A stretch of DNA of 64,000 nt, from NCBI RefSeq assembly GCF_009914755.1, contig NC_060938.1, one strand, 5' to 3'. The notes under the pieces were generated by a model. That model was not told the origin of the DNA and searched no databases. It saw only the letters and a list, made by a program, of their open reading frames with translations. The stretch comes from the human T2T-CHM13v2.0 reference genome, Homo sapiens. This document shows positions 39,251 to 51,808 of this stretch, piece after piece (the stretch's first letter is position 1; each line of letters starts with the position of its first letter). The translations under genes were made by a program, and so were the position numbers.

Positions 39251-42200
39251 CATGTCTAGCGTGACCCTCCTTCCTGGCAGTGACACTGTTGATGTGAACC
39301 CCAATTTCACATCTGTCATTTGTAAATAGGACCATTTTCCCTTTTCGCTCTCCCTTCCATTCACAGGGCTTTTCATTCTCTCTGTTACTGCCTCCGTTTC
39401 AGATATTTACTCACCTTTTTCTCTCTCACTATGTCTGCCGTGGGCTCCATGAGAGTGCGCCACATAAGATTCCCCCATTAAAAGTCATGAATTGAGTGGC
39501 TTTTAGTATACCTGTGGTTGTGCACATTCAAATTTAATTCGCAATTCATTGTAGAACGTCTTATCACTCCCGGCCAGAGAAAAACCCTGTAGACATTAGT
39601 CACTCCTCATTCTGTCTCAAACCCTCTCCCTCACCCGCAGCCCTAGGTAGCAACTACCTAGTGCGATCAATCCCATATGCATAGATTACCATATTGTGGA
39701 CATTTCCTATAAGCGGAATTGCACAATAGGGGAGCTGTTATGACTGACATAACACGTAACACAATATTTTCAAGATTCGTCCACATTGTAGGCTTACCCA
39801 CAGGGGGAAACCATTTTTTTGGGGGCTTTTAGTAACACCGGTGTTTTCTCCTTCGTTACGTCCTTCTTTCCTTCCTTCCTTCCTTCCTTCCTTCCTGACT
39901 TCCTTCTTTCCTTCCCTCCTTCCTCCTATTTCTCTCTTACTCCTTCTGCCCTCTCTCTTTCCTATGCCTTAGGTGCATCCCACATTCTGCGTTTTTTTGG
40001 GGAAATCCTCGACAGGTGCAGGAAAATTGTGTTATTGTAACTATTTACCGTTATCTCTCTTTCACGGCTCTCCATCAGTTGTGAACATCTATTGGTTTAT
40101 CCCAAGTCTCTAAGCATATTTTCATTAGGTAAACCTGTTTTTCCTTATACAGCTGTTTCTGGAGTATAGGGTCGCATACTCATAAACCCAGTGTAACTCA
40201 GAAACGCATCTAATATTCCAGTAAACCCATCATAACGTTGAAAAATCGTAAATCAAACCATCATAAGTCACGGTTTGTCCGTGGATATGGGCCTCATCAA
40301 TTCCATTGTATTCAGTAATGCTGTACACCATTAACAATGGCAGACTGATTGGGAGTGGATATTGATAGCATTATAAAAGTCAGTTATTAGAGGGATACTT
40401 CTTTAACCTGACTGAAGAACTGATCTAATGGCTTTAGTACAGTGCATGATTATGTGCGATGTTTTGAGACAGAGTAGTACATTTGTGAATGAAATTTTAT
40501 GGCTTTTTTTTTCACTTAGTAGGAACCATTGTGTGTGGAAAAGTGAGAAAATGGCTTTCTGCTGTAGGGTCTGGCATTCATTGTAGATGTAAGCTTATTT
40601 TTCTGTGAGCAAATCTTATTCAATAAAATACTACTCTTTATACTAAAAAACAAAAACAGTGGTGATGTGTGGTCATTATCCTCAGCAAACTTATCCAGGG
40701 AAAGAAAACCAAACGCCACAACTCACTTATAATGGGAGCTGAAAAATGAGATCCCATGGACACAGGAAGGGGAACAACACACACTGGGGCCTTCCGGGAG
40801 ACAGAGCGTTAAGAAAAACAGCTACTGCATGCTGGGATTAATACCTAGGTGATGGGTTGACAGGTGCAGGAAACCACCATGGCACACGTTTACCTTAGTA
40901 ACAAATCTGCACATCATGCACATATACCCCAGAACTTAGGAACGAAACGAAACAAAAGACAACGAAAAAGCAACAGCAAAACGCTAAAGGCAAAATAAAG
41001 TTTCAAACTGAGAAAGTGACAGACCAACGTCTGGTTCAAATCATGGTTCTCAACCCAGGTGCCATAAGGTCAGGATAAAGGATGTGATTACATATTGTCA
41101 ATAAGACATGCAGCAAATGACCAGAATGATTATTCTCAACATATGAGTGTCTTCTAATTCAATGGCGACGCTATCTACCGGGACATAGCATTAGATTCCA
41201 AAGGGCCGAGTCCCGCCAGACAGGCCTCCCACACTAATAACAATGGGAAGCCCTACGTTGCTTTACCTGTGCTTCTCAGCCACTGGCTATAAATCAGGTT
41301 GCCACCACTCCCAGATTTAGTTGCATTCATTTGCTGGAAGAGCTCACAGCACGCAGGGAAACACATTTGCCGTTGTATTTTAGCGGACATTGCACAAAGT
41401 TCAGAAATAAATGTGGGGCCCGGCATGTGGGGAGGGGCGCACTACCTTCCAGGAAGTGCTATCCAGAAGCTCTCTGAACCCAGTCCTTTTGGGTTTTGAT
41501 GGAGACCTCATTCTATAGGCATGATGGGTTAAACCATAGGCTATTGGTGATCAACTCCACCTGGGGCTCTCCACCCTCCCTGGAAATTGGGGTTGAGGCT
41601 TTGCCATCCTCAGTCTGACTAAAAGAATTTACCCAAACGGAATTTTAAAACCGATGAGCATAACTGGAATCTTAATTAGATGATTGGATTATCTGGAGCC
41701 ACACCTTGATATTCCTAACCCGAGCACCCTCATCCAACGAATGCTCCACCCAACTGGCTCCCAAGTCTCTACGTGGTTCCAGAGCAAAAGGATGTTGATA
41801 CAACGCATATCTCCACCTTTTCTTCAAAGTCTTTACGCTTACACGGAAAGACTTCTTCAACTGCCATGCATCAGGGTCAGGGGGAGGTCTTGTTACAACA
41901 CAGATCTGCGGATCTCCGGGGTTTGACTGTGGCAAGGATGCTGCTGGTGTCAAAACCACAACGTGGGAACCACAGAACCACTAGTGGGTTTTCAGTGTTT
42001 CAGTGCATACAATTCCTAATATATCTGGCTAAGAAAACTTGTAAGTTCTTAGATTGTCCCAAAGGTGGCGCATGAAATCAAAGCAGGAGAACAGTTTCCT
42101 ACGAGGTGTAGCCTGGGAAAGTTGGGGGTGACTGATGGAAAGGAGGAGTGAAGCTCCACCCTTTCCGCTGCTAGGCTGCGGCCGAGGCAATTTAAACCCA

Positions 42201-42345
42201 CCCTGGCTGGCCTGTACTCAGATCTTCGCGGAGCGGATCAGCGGCCGGAGCGTTTGGCGGACTCTGCGTGGACTTGGAGCTCACAGCGTCTTGCGACTTG
42301 GAAGCGGATTCAGAGGACAGGACAGAACACTTGGACAAGTGAATC

Positions 42346-42376
<31 letters not shown>

Positions 42377-42547
42377 CATTGGTTGGTTGATTTCCATTTT
42401 CTTAAGGGGCACATACCTCACACCGCACACACACAAACACACACACGCACACACACACACACACACGCACACACACGCACACACACTCCTTCCTTCTGCG
42501 AGTTAGATCATTAGTAGGGGCCCCTGGGAGCTGCAGGTTTCCTAAAC

Positions 42548-45529
42548 ATGTCTGCACCTAAGAACAGTAGGGTCTTGTCTGGCTCTTCTTATGAACGGTC
42601 CCCCAGCCCGGACTCCCCAAGGTCCATGCGAGCCTCACCCAGCTTCTCCCTCTCCCCTCTCAGAAACTCAGGCTTAAGGGGAAGCTCCTCACCAGGGATC
42701 GGGAGCTACCATTCACCATCCCCTAGGGCTTCACCACACTCACCTCTGTCATCACCAGAATCCCACAAGCTCCCATTTCCCTGTCCTCACCGTGATGGGC
42801 AATCAATAAAGCCATTGGGCTCTCCCGTGTCCTCCTCTGAGGAATCCTCAGAGTCCCCACGTTCATCAATAATATACCACATGTTCTTACTGCCATCACC
42901 CAGCAGCTCACCCCCAGCTCTCGGGGGGTCTCCTGTGTCTCCCAGCTACTCTCCAAACAACCCCAGATTTCAGCTGCGGTCAGCCCCCCACACCAAGGAA
43001 TCACCTACAAACTCACGAGCCTCACTTTTCTCCACCCCTGTGTCTTTCATCTCTTCACCCCCAGGCCTCAGGGACCCTCCTGTGGCTCCCAGTTACTCTC
43101 CAGCCATCCCCAGGTTCCTGCGGGAGTCAGCCCCATACACCCAGGAGTCCCCCAGAGACTCACAGGTCTTGGGAGATTATGAGCGGTCCCTCAGCCCTGA
43201 CTCCTCAAGATTCATGCCTGCCTCACCCAGCTTCTCCCTCTCCCCTCCCAGAAACTCAGACCCAAGGGGCAGCTCCTCACCAGGGATGTGGAAGTCCTCT
43301 ACATCATCCCGCAGGGCTTCACCACTCTCACATCCGTCATCAACAGAATTCCACAACTTTACGTTTCCCTTTCCTAACCAAGCAGGACAGTCACTCATGT
43401 CATTGTGTTCTCCCGTGACCTCCTCTGGAGATTCTTCACAGTCACCTCATTCATCAATAATATACCATATGTTCTTACTGCCATCATCCAGCAGCTCACC
43501 CCCAGCCACCCATGACTCTCCTGTCTGTCCCAGCTACTCTCCAACTACGCCCAGATTTCAGCGGGAGTCTGTACCCCACACCCCAGAAACACCTACAAAC
43601 TCACAGACCTCAGTGAGATCCTCGCCAGTCTCTCTCACGTCTTCACCCCCAGCCCTTACGGACCCTCCAGTCTGTCCCAGCTACTCTCCAACCACGCCCA
43701 CATTTCAGCGCGGGTCAGTTCCAGGAACCCAGGGATCACCACCAAGCCCACCGCTTTCACTGAGTTACTCCCCAGTCTCTAGCACGTCTTTATCTCCAAC
43801 CCTCAGGGACTCGCCTGTCTGTCCCAGCTACTCTCCAAACACGCCCACACTTCAGCGGGAGTCCGTTGCAGGCACCCAGAAGTCACCACCAAACTCACCA
43901 ATTTCACTGCGTTACTCCCCAGTCTCTCTCATGTCTTCACCATCCCTCAGGGACTCTCCCGTCTGTCCCAGCTACTCTCCAACCACGCCCACATTTCAGC
44001 TGGAGTCAGTTCCAGGCACCCCGGAATCACCACCAAACTCACCAATTTCACTCAGTTACTCCCCAGTCTCTAGCACGTCTTTATCTCCAACCCTCAGGGA
44101 CTCTCCTGTGTGTCCCAGCTACTCTCCAACCACGCCCACACTTCAGCGGGAGTCAGTTCCAGGCACCCAGGAATCACCACCAAACTCACCAATTTCACTC
44201 AATTACTCTCCAGTCTCTCTCGTGTCTTCACCAGCCCTCAGGGACTCTCCTGTCTGTCCCAGCTACTCTACAACCACGCCCACATTTCAGCTGGAGTCAG
44301 TTCGAGGCACCCCGGAGTCACCACCAAACTCACCAGTTTCACTCAGTTACTCCTCGGTCTCTCTCATGTCTTCACCCCCAGCCCTCAGGGACTCTCCTGT
44401 GCGTCCCAGCTACTCTCCAACCATGCCCAGATTCCAGCGGGAGTCAGTTCCAGGCACCCATGTATCACCACCAAACTCAGCAGTTTCACTGAGTTACTCC
44501 CCAGTCTCTCTCATGTCTTCACCCCCAGATCCCTGGGACTCTCCTGTCTGTCCCAGCTACTCTCCCACCACGCCCAGATTTCAGCGGGAGTCAGCCTCCC
44601 ACACTCCGGAATCAGATACAGACTCACAGACTTCACTGAACTCCTCCCTGGTCTCTCTCAGGTCTTTGCCCTCATCCCACAGGGACTCTTGTGTCTCTTT
44701 CAGCTACTCTCAAAACTTCTCTAGATTCCAGCTGGAGTCAGTTCCAGGCACCCACGATACACCACCGAACTCACGAATTTCACTGACTTACGCCCCAGTC
44801 TCCCTCATGTTCTCACCCCCAGCCCTCAGGGACTCTTCTGTCTCTCTCAGCTACTCTCCAACCATCTCCAGATTTCACCTGGAGTCAGCTTCCCACACCC
44901 TGGAATCACCTGCAAACTCACGGACCTTACTGCAACCATCCCCCATTTCTTTCACCTCTTCACCCCCTGCCTTCAGGGACTCTCCTGGGTCTCCCAGCTT
45001 CTCTCCAGCCTTCCCCAGATTTCTGCCACAGTCAGCCCCAGGCACCCAGGACAACCCTAGACACTCACAGGCCTCACCAGACTATCTCCCTATGACCTGT
45101 ACCTATACAGGGATGGCTCCCACGCATCCCTCAGTGACCCCAAACCCATCTCCACTTACACTCAGGCACTCCCAGGGCCTGACAGCTACTCCCCGTTATT
45201 GTCCTTCAGTTCGAAGCCCTGGCCAATCTACTAGCCCACATGACGCAGTTACCTGGCCATTTCTCCACGGTTCCCGGGAGGGCCCCACACCCAGCCGCAC
45301 AAGAGCCCCTCCTGCATTCCGTCCTCACACGCAGGCCTGTCCATCTACTTGCTACTGTCACACTCTTGCCAGCAGAAGAGGCCCCTGTAATGGCCGATAT
45401 CACCACCCAGTCTATCCTCACCCCACAGCTGTGCAGCGGGAACCCCCTGCTGGCCCACGTGGCTGCCACAGCCCATGCTGGCACGACGCTCCAGCAGGTC
45501 GGCGTCCCTGCGGGCCAAACTACCGGTGA
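42548..45529 (+). CDS. 993-aa CTD-heptad-like repeat protein, intact copy (type B)
   Basis: Full ORF. Confidence 0.7.
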   Translation: MSAPKNSRVLSGSSYERSPSPDSPRSMRASPSFSLSPLRNSGLRGSSSPGIGSYHSPSPRASPHSPLSSPESHKLPFPCPHRDGQSIKPLGSPVSSSEESSESPRSSIIYHMFLLPSPSSSPPALGGSPVSPSYSPNNPRFQLRSAPHTKESPTNSRASLFSTPVSFISSPPGLRDPPVAPSYSPAIPRFLRESAPYTQESPRDSQVLGDYERSLSPDSSRFMPASPSFSLSPPRNSDPRGSSSPGMWKSSTSSRRASPLSHPSSTEFHNFTFPFPNQAGQSLMSLCSPVTSSGDSSQSPHSSIIYHMFLLPSSSSSPPATHDSPVCPSYSPTTPRFQRESVPHTPETPTNSQTSVRSSPVSLTSSPPALTDPPVCPSYSPTTPTFQRGSVPGTQGSPPSPPLSLSYSPVSSTSLSPTLRDSPVCPSYSPNTPTLQRESVAGTQKSPPNSPISLRYSPVSLMSSPSLRDSPVCPSYSPTTPTFQLESVPGTPESPPNSPISLSYSPVSSTSLSPTLRDSPVCPSYSPTTPTLQRESVPGTQESPPNSPISLNYSPVSLVSSPALRDSPVCPSYSTTTPTFQLESVRGTPESPPNSPVSLSYSSVSLMSSPPALRDSPVRPSYSPTMPRFQRESVPGTHVSPPNSAVSLSYSPVSLMSSPPDPWDSPVCPSYSPTTPRFQRESASHTPESDTDSQTSLNSSLVSLRSLPSSHRDSCVSFSYSQNFSRFQLESVPGTHDTPPNSRISLTYAPVSLMFSPPALRDSSVSLSYSPTISRFHLESASHTLESPANSRTLLQPSPISFTSSPPAFRDSPGSPSFSPAFPRFLPQSAPGTQDNPRHSQASPDYLPMTCTYTGMAPTHPSVTPNPSPLTLRHSQGLTATPRYCPSVRSPGQSTSPHDAVTWPFLHGSREGPTPSRTRAPPAFRPHTQACPSTCYCHTLASRRGPCNGRYHHPVYPHPTAVQREPPAGPRGCHSPCWHDAPAGRRPCGPNYR

Positions 45530-48500
45530 CATGTCTAGCGTGACCCTCCTTCCTGGCAGTGACACTGTTGATGTGAACCCCAATTTCACATCTGTCATTT
45601 GTAAATAGGACCATTTTCCCTTTTCGCTCTCCCTTCCATTCACAGGGCTTTTCATTCTCTCTGTTACTGCCTCCGTTTCAGATATTTACTCACCTTTTTC
45701 TCTCTCACTATGTCTGCCGTGGGCTCCATGAGAGTGCGCCACATAAGATTCCCCCATTAAAAGTCATGAATTGAGTGGCTTTTAGTATACCTGTGGTTGT
45801 GCACATTCAAATTTAATTCGCAATTCATTGTAGAACGTCTTATCACTCCCGGCCAGAGAAAAACCCTGTAGACATTAGTCACTCCTCATTCTGTCTCAAA
45901 CCCTCTCCCTCACCCGCAGCCCTAGGTAGCAACTACCTAGTGCGATCAATCCCATATGCATAGATTACCATATTGTGGACATTTCCTACAAGCGGAATTG
46001 CACAATAGGGGAGCTGTTATGACTGACATAACACGTAACACAATATTTTCAAGATTCGTCCACATTGTAGGCTTACCCACAGGGGGAAACCATTTTTTTG
46101 GGGGCTTTTAGTAACACCGGTGTTTTCTCCTTCGTTACGTCCTTCTTTCCTTCCTTCCTTCCTTCCTTCCTTCCTGACTTCCTTCTTTCCTTCCCTCCTT
46201 CCTCCTATTTCTCTCTTACTCCTTCTGCCCTCTCTCTTTCCTATGCCTTAGGTGCATCCCACATTCTGCGTTTTTTTGGGGAAATCCTCGACAGGTGCAG
46301 GAAAATTGTGTTATTGTAACTATTTACCGTTATCTCTCTTTCACGGCTCTCCATCAGTTGTGAATATCTATTGGTTTATCCCAAGTCTCTAAGCATATTT
46401 TCATTAGGTAAACCTGTTTTTCCTTATACAGCTGTTTCTGGAGTATAGGGTCGCATACTCATAAACCCAGTGTAACTCAGAAACGCATCTAATATTCCAG
46501 TAAACCCATCATAACGTTGAAAAATCGTAAATCAAACCATCATAAGTCACGGTTTGTCCGTGGATATGGGCCTCATCAATTCCATTGTATTCAGTAATGC
46601 TGTACACCATTAACAATGGCAGACTGATTGGGAGTGGATATTGATAGCATTATAAAAGTCAGTTATTAGAGGGATACTTCTTTAACCTGACTGAAGAACT
46701 GATCTAATGGCTTTAGTACAGTGCATGATTATGTGCGATGTTTTGAGACAGAGTAGTACATTTGTGAATGAAATTTTATGGCTTTTTTTTTCACTTAGTA
46801 GGAACCATTGTGTGTGGAAAAGTGAGAAAATGGCTTTCTGCTGTAGGGTCTGGCATTCATTGTAGATGTAAGCTTATTTTTCTGTGAGCAAATCTTATTC
46901 AATAAAATACTACTCTTTATACTAAAAATCAAAAACAGTGGTGATGTGTGGTCATTATCCTCAGCAAACTTATCCAGGGAAAGAAAACCAAACGCCACAA
47001 CTCACTTATAATGGGAGCTGAAAAATGAGATCCCATGGACACAGGAAGGGGAACAACACACACTGGGGCCTTCCGGGAGACAGAGCGTTAAGAAAAACAG
47101 CTACTGCATGCTGGGATTAATACCTAGGTGATGGGTTGACAGGTGCAGCAAACCACCATGGCACACGTTTACCTTAGTAACAAATCTGCACATCCTGCAC
47201 ATATACCCCAGAACTTAGGAACGAAACGAAACAAAAGACAACGAAAAAGCAACAGCAAAACGCTAAAGGCAAAATAAAGTTTCAAACTGAGAAAGTGACA
47301 GACCAACGTCTGGTTCAAATCATGGTTCTCAACCCAGGTGCCATAAGGTCAGGATAAAGGATGTGATTACATATTGTCAATAAGACATGCAGCAAATGAC
47401 CAGAATGATTATTCTCAACATATGAGTGTCTTCTAATTCAATGGCGACGCTATCTACCGGGACATAGCATTAGATTCCAAAGGGCCGAGTCCCGCCAGAC
47501 AGGCCTCCCACACTAATAACAATGGGAAGCCCTACGTTGCTTTACCTGTGCTTCTCAGCCACTGGCTATAAATCAGGTTGCCACCACTCCCAGATTTAGT
47601 TGCATTCATTTGCTGGAAGAGCTCACAGCACGCAGGGAAACACATTTGCCGTTGTATTTTAGCGGACATTGCACAAAGTTCAGAAATAAATGTGGGGCCC
47701 GGCATGTGGGGAGGGGCGCACTACCTTCCAGGAAGTGCTATCCAGAAGCTCTCTGAACCCAGTCCTTTTGGGTTTTGATGGAGACCTCATTCTATAGGCA
47801 TGATGGGTTAAACCATAGGCTATTGGTGATCAACTCCACCTGGGGCTCTCCACCCTCCCTGGAAATTGGGGTTGAGGCTTTGCCATCCTCAGTCTGACTA
47901 AAAGAATTTACCCAAACGGAATTTTAAAACCGATGAGCATAACTGGAATCTTAATTAGATGATTGGATTATCTGGAGCCACACCTTGATATTCCTAACCC
48001 GAGCACCCTCATCCAACGAATGCTCCACCCAACTGGCTCCCAAGTCTCTACGTGGTTCCAGAGCAAAAGGATGTTGATACAACGCATATCTCCACCTTTT
48101 CTTCAAAGTCTTTACGCTTACACGGAAAGACTTCTTCAACTGCCATGCATCAGGGTCAGGGGGAGGTCTTGTTACAACACAGATCTGCGGATCTCCGGGG
48201 TTTGACTGTGGCAAGGATGCTGCTGGTGTCAAAACCACAACGTGGGAACCACAGAACCACTAGTGGGTTTTCAGTGTTTCAGTGCATACAATTCCTAATA
48301 TATCTGGCTAAGAAAACTTGTAAGTTCTTAGATTGTCCCAAAGGTGGCGCATGAAATCAAAGCAGGAGAACAGTTTCCTACGAGGTGTAGCCTGGGAAAG
48401 TTGGGGGTGACTGATGGAAAGGAGGAGTGAAGCTCCACCCTTTCCGCTGCTAGGCTGCGGCCGAGGCAATTTAAACCCACCCTGGCTGGCCTGTACTCAG

Positions 48501-48624
48501 ATCTTCGCGGAGCGGATCAGCGGCCGGAGCGTTTGGCGGACTCTGCGTGGACTTGGAGCTCACAGCGTCTTGCGACTTGGAAGCGGATTCAGAGGACAGG
48601 ACAGAACACTTGGACAAGTGAATC

Positions 48625-48655
<31 letters not shown>

Positions 48656-48826
48656 CATTGGTTGGTTGATTTCCATTTTCTTAAGGGGCACATACCTCAC
48701 ACCGCACACACACAAACACACACACGCACACACACACACACACACGCACACACACGCACACACACTCCTTCCTTCTGCGAGTTAGATCATTAGTAGGGGC
48801 CCCTGGGAGCTGCAGGTTTCCTAAAC

Positions 48827-51808
48827 ATGTCTGCACCTAAGAACAGTAGGGTCTTGTCTGGCTCTTCTTATGAACGGTCCCCCAGCCCGGACTCCCCAAG
48901 GTCCATGCGAGCCTCACCCAGCTTCTCCCTCTCCCCTCTCAGAAACTCAGGCTTAAGGGGAAGCTCCTCACCAGGGATCGGGAGCTACCATTCACCATCC
49001 CCTAGGGCTTCACCACACTCACCTCTGTCATCACCAGAATCCCACAAGCTCCCATTTCCCTGTCCTCACCGTGATGGGCAATCAATAAAGCCATTGGGCT
49101 CTCCCGTGTCCTCCTCTGAGGAATCCTCAGAGTCCCCACGTTCATCAATAATATACCACATGTTCTTACTGCCATCACCCAGCAGCTCACCCCCAGCTCT
49201 CGGGGGGTCTCCTGTGTCTCCCAGCTACTCTCCAAACAACCCCAGATTTCAGCTGCGGTCAGCCCCCCACACCAAGGAATCACCTACAAACTCACGAGCC
49301 TCACTTTTCTCCACCCCTGTGTCTTTCATCTCTTCACCCCCAGGCCTCAGGGACCCTCCTGTGGCTCCCAGTTACTCTCCAGCCATCCCCAGGTTCCTGC
49401 GGGAGTCAGCCCCATACACCCAGGAGTCCCCCAGAGACTCACAGGTCTTGGGAGATTATGAGCGGTCCCTCAGCCCTGACTCCTCAAGATTCATGCCTGC
49501 CTCACCCAGCTTCTCCCTCTCCCCTCCCAGAAACTCAGACCCAAGGGGCAGCTCCTCACCAGGGATGTGGAAGTCCTCTACATCATCCCGCAGGGCTTCA
49601 CCACTCTCACATCCGTCATCAACAGAATTCCACAACTTTACGTTTCCCTTTCCTAACCAAGCAGGACAGTCACTCATGTCATTGTGTTCTCCCGTGACCT
49701 CCTCTGGAGATTCTTCACAGTCACCTCATTCATCAATAATATACCATATGTTCTTACTGCCATCATCCAGCAGCTCACCCCCAGCCACCCATGACTCTCC
49801 TGTCTGTCCCAGCTACTCTCCAACTACGCCCAGATTTCAGCGGGAGTCTGTACCCCACACCCCAGAAACACCTACAAACTCACAGACCTCAGTGAGATCC
49901 TCGCCAGTCTCTCTCACGTCTTCACCCCCAGCCCTTACGGACCCTCCAGTCTGTCCCAGCTACTCTCCAACCACGCCCACATTTCAGCGCGGGTCAGTTC
50001 CAGGAACCCAGGGATCACCACCAAGCCCACCGCTTTCACTGAGTTACTCCCCAGTCTCTAGCACGTCTTTATCTCCAACCCTCAGGGACTCGCCTGTCTG
50101 TCCCAGCTACTCTCCAAACACGCCCACACTTCAGCGGGAGTCCGTTGCAGGCACCCAGAAGTCACCACCAAACTCACCAATTTCACTGCGTTACTCCCCA
50201 GTCTCTCTCATGTCTTCACCATCCCTCAGGGACTCTCCCGTCTGTCCCAGCTACTCTCCAACCACGCCCACATTTCAGCTGGAGTCAGTTCCAGGCACCC
50301 CGGAATCACCACCAAACTCACCAATTTCACTCAGTTACTCCCCAGTCTCTAGCACGTCTTTATCTCCAACCCTCAGGGACTCTCCTGTGTGTCCCAGCTA
50401 CTCTCCAACCACGCCCACACTTCAGCGGGAGTCAGTTCGAGGCACCCAGGAATCACCACCAAACTCACCAATTTCACTCAATTACTCTCCAGTCTCTCTC
50501 GTGTCTTCACCAGCCCTCAGGGACTCTCCTGTCTGTCCCAGCTACTCTACAACCACGCCCACATTTCAGCTGGAGTCAGTTCGAGGCACCCCGGAGTCAC
50601 CACCAAACTCACCAGTTTCACTCAGTTACTCCTCGGTCTCTCTCATGTCTTCACCCCCAGCCCTCAGGGACTCTCCTGTGCGTCCCAGCTACTCTCCAAC
50701 CATGCCCAGATTCCAGCGGGAGTCAGTTCCAGGCACCCATGTATCACCACCAAACTCAGCAGTTTCACTGAGTTACTCCCCAGTCTCTCTCATGTCTTCA
50801 CCCCCAGATCCCTGGGACTCTCCTGTCTGTCCCAGCTACTCTCCCACCACGCCCAGATTTCAGCGGGAGTCAGCCTCCCACACTCCGGAATCAGATACAG
50901 ACTCACAGACTTCACTGAACTCCTCCCTGGTCTCTCTCAGGTCTTTGCCCTCATCCCACAGGGACTCTTGTGTCTCTTTCAGCTACTCTCAAAACTTCTC
51001 TAGATTCCAGCTGGAGTCAGTTCCAGGCACCCACGATACACCACCGAACTCACGAATTTCACTGACTTACGCCCCAGTCTCCCTCATGTTCTCACCCCCA
51101 GCCCTCAGGGACTCTTCTGTCTCTCTCAGCTACTCTCCAACCATCTCCAGATTTCACCTGGAGTCAGCTTCCCACACCCTGGAATCACCTGCAAACTCAC
51201 GGACCTTACTGCAACCATCCCCCATTTCTTTCACCTCTTCACCCCCTGCCTTCAGGGACTCTCCTGGGTCTCCCAGCTTCTCTCCAGCCTTCCCCAGATT
51301 TCTGCCACAGTCAGCCCCAGGCACCCAGGACAACCCTAGACACTCACAGGCCTCACCAGACTATCTCCCTATGACCTGTACCTATACAGGGATGGCTCCC
51401 ACGCATCCCTCAGTGACCCCAAACCCATCTCCACTTACACTCAGGCACTCCCAGGGCCTGACAGCTACTCCCCGTTATTGTCCTTCAGTTCGAAGCCCTG
51501 GCCAATCTACTAGCCCACATGACGCAGTTACCTGGCCATTTCTCCACGGTTCCCGGGAGGGCCCCACACCCAGCCGCACAAGAGCCCCTCCTGCATTCCG
51601 TCCTCACACGCAGGCCTGTCCATCTACTTGCTACTGTCACACTCTTGCCAGCAGAAGAGGCCCCTGTAATGGCCGATATCACCACCCAGTCTATCCTCAC
51701 CCCACAGCTGTGCAGCGGGAACCCCCTGCTGGCCCACGTGGCTGCCACAGCCCATGCTGGCACGACGCTCCAGCAGGTCGGCGTCCCTGCGGGCCAAACT
51801 ACCGGTGA
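48827..51808 (+). CDS. 993-aa CTD-heptad-like repeat protein, intact copy (type B)
   Basis: Full ORF. Confidence 0.7.
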   Translation: MSAPKNSRVLSGSSYERSPSPDSPRSMRASPSFSLSPLRNSGLRGSSSPGIGSYHSPSPRASPHSPLSSPESHKLPFPCPHRDGQSIKPLGSPVSSSEESSESPRSSIIYHMFLLPSPSSSPPALGGSPVSPSYSPNNPRFQLRSAPHTKESPTNSRASLFSTPVSFISSPPGLRDPPVAPSYSPAIPRFLRESAPYTQESPRDSQVLGDYERSLSPDSSRFMPASPSFSLSPPRNSDPRGSSSPGMWKSSTSSRRASPLSHPSSTEFHNFTFPFPNQAGQSLMSLCSPVTSSGDSSQSPHSSIIYHMFLLPSSSSSPPATHDSPVCPSYSPTTPRFQRESVPHTPETPTNSQTSVRSSPVSLTSSPPALTDPPVCPSYSPTTPTFQRGSVPGTQGSPPSPPLSLSYSPVSSTSLSPTLRDSPVCPSYSPNTPTLQRESVAGTQKSPPNSPISLRYSPVSLMSSPSLRDSPVCPSYSPTTPTFQLESVPGTPESPPNSPISLSYSPVSSTSLSPTLRDSPVCPSYSPTTPTLQRESVRGTQESPPNSPISLNYSPVSLVSSPALRDSPVCPSYSTTTPTFQLESVRGTPESPPNSPVSLSYSSVSLMSSPPALRDSPVRPSYSPTMPRFQRESVPGTHVSPPNSAVSLSYSPVSLMSSPPDPWDSPVCPSYSPTTPRFQRESASHTPESDTDSQTSLNSSLVSLRSLPSSHRDSCVSFSYSQNFSRFQLESVPGTHDTPPNSRISLTYAPVSLMFSPPALRDSSVSLSYSPTISRFHLESASHTLESPANSRTLLQPSPISFTSSPPAFRDSPGSPSFSPAFPRFLPQSAPGTQDNPRHSQASPDYLPMTCTYTGMAPTHPSVTPNPSPLTLRHSQGLTATPRYCPSVRSPGQSTSPHDAVTWPFLHGSREGPTPSRTRAPPAFRPHTQACPSTCYCHTLASRRGPCNGRYHHPVYPHPTAVQREPPAGPRGCHSPCWHDAPAGRRPCGPNYR

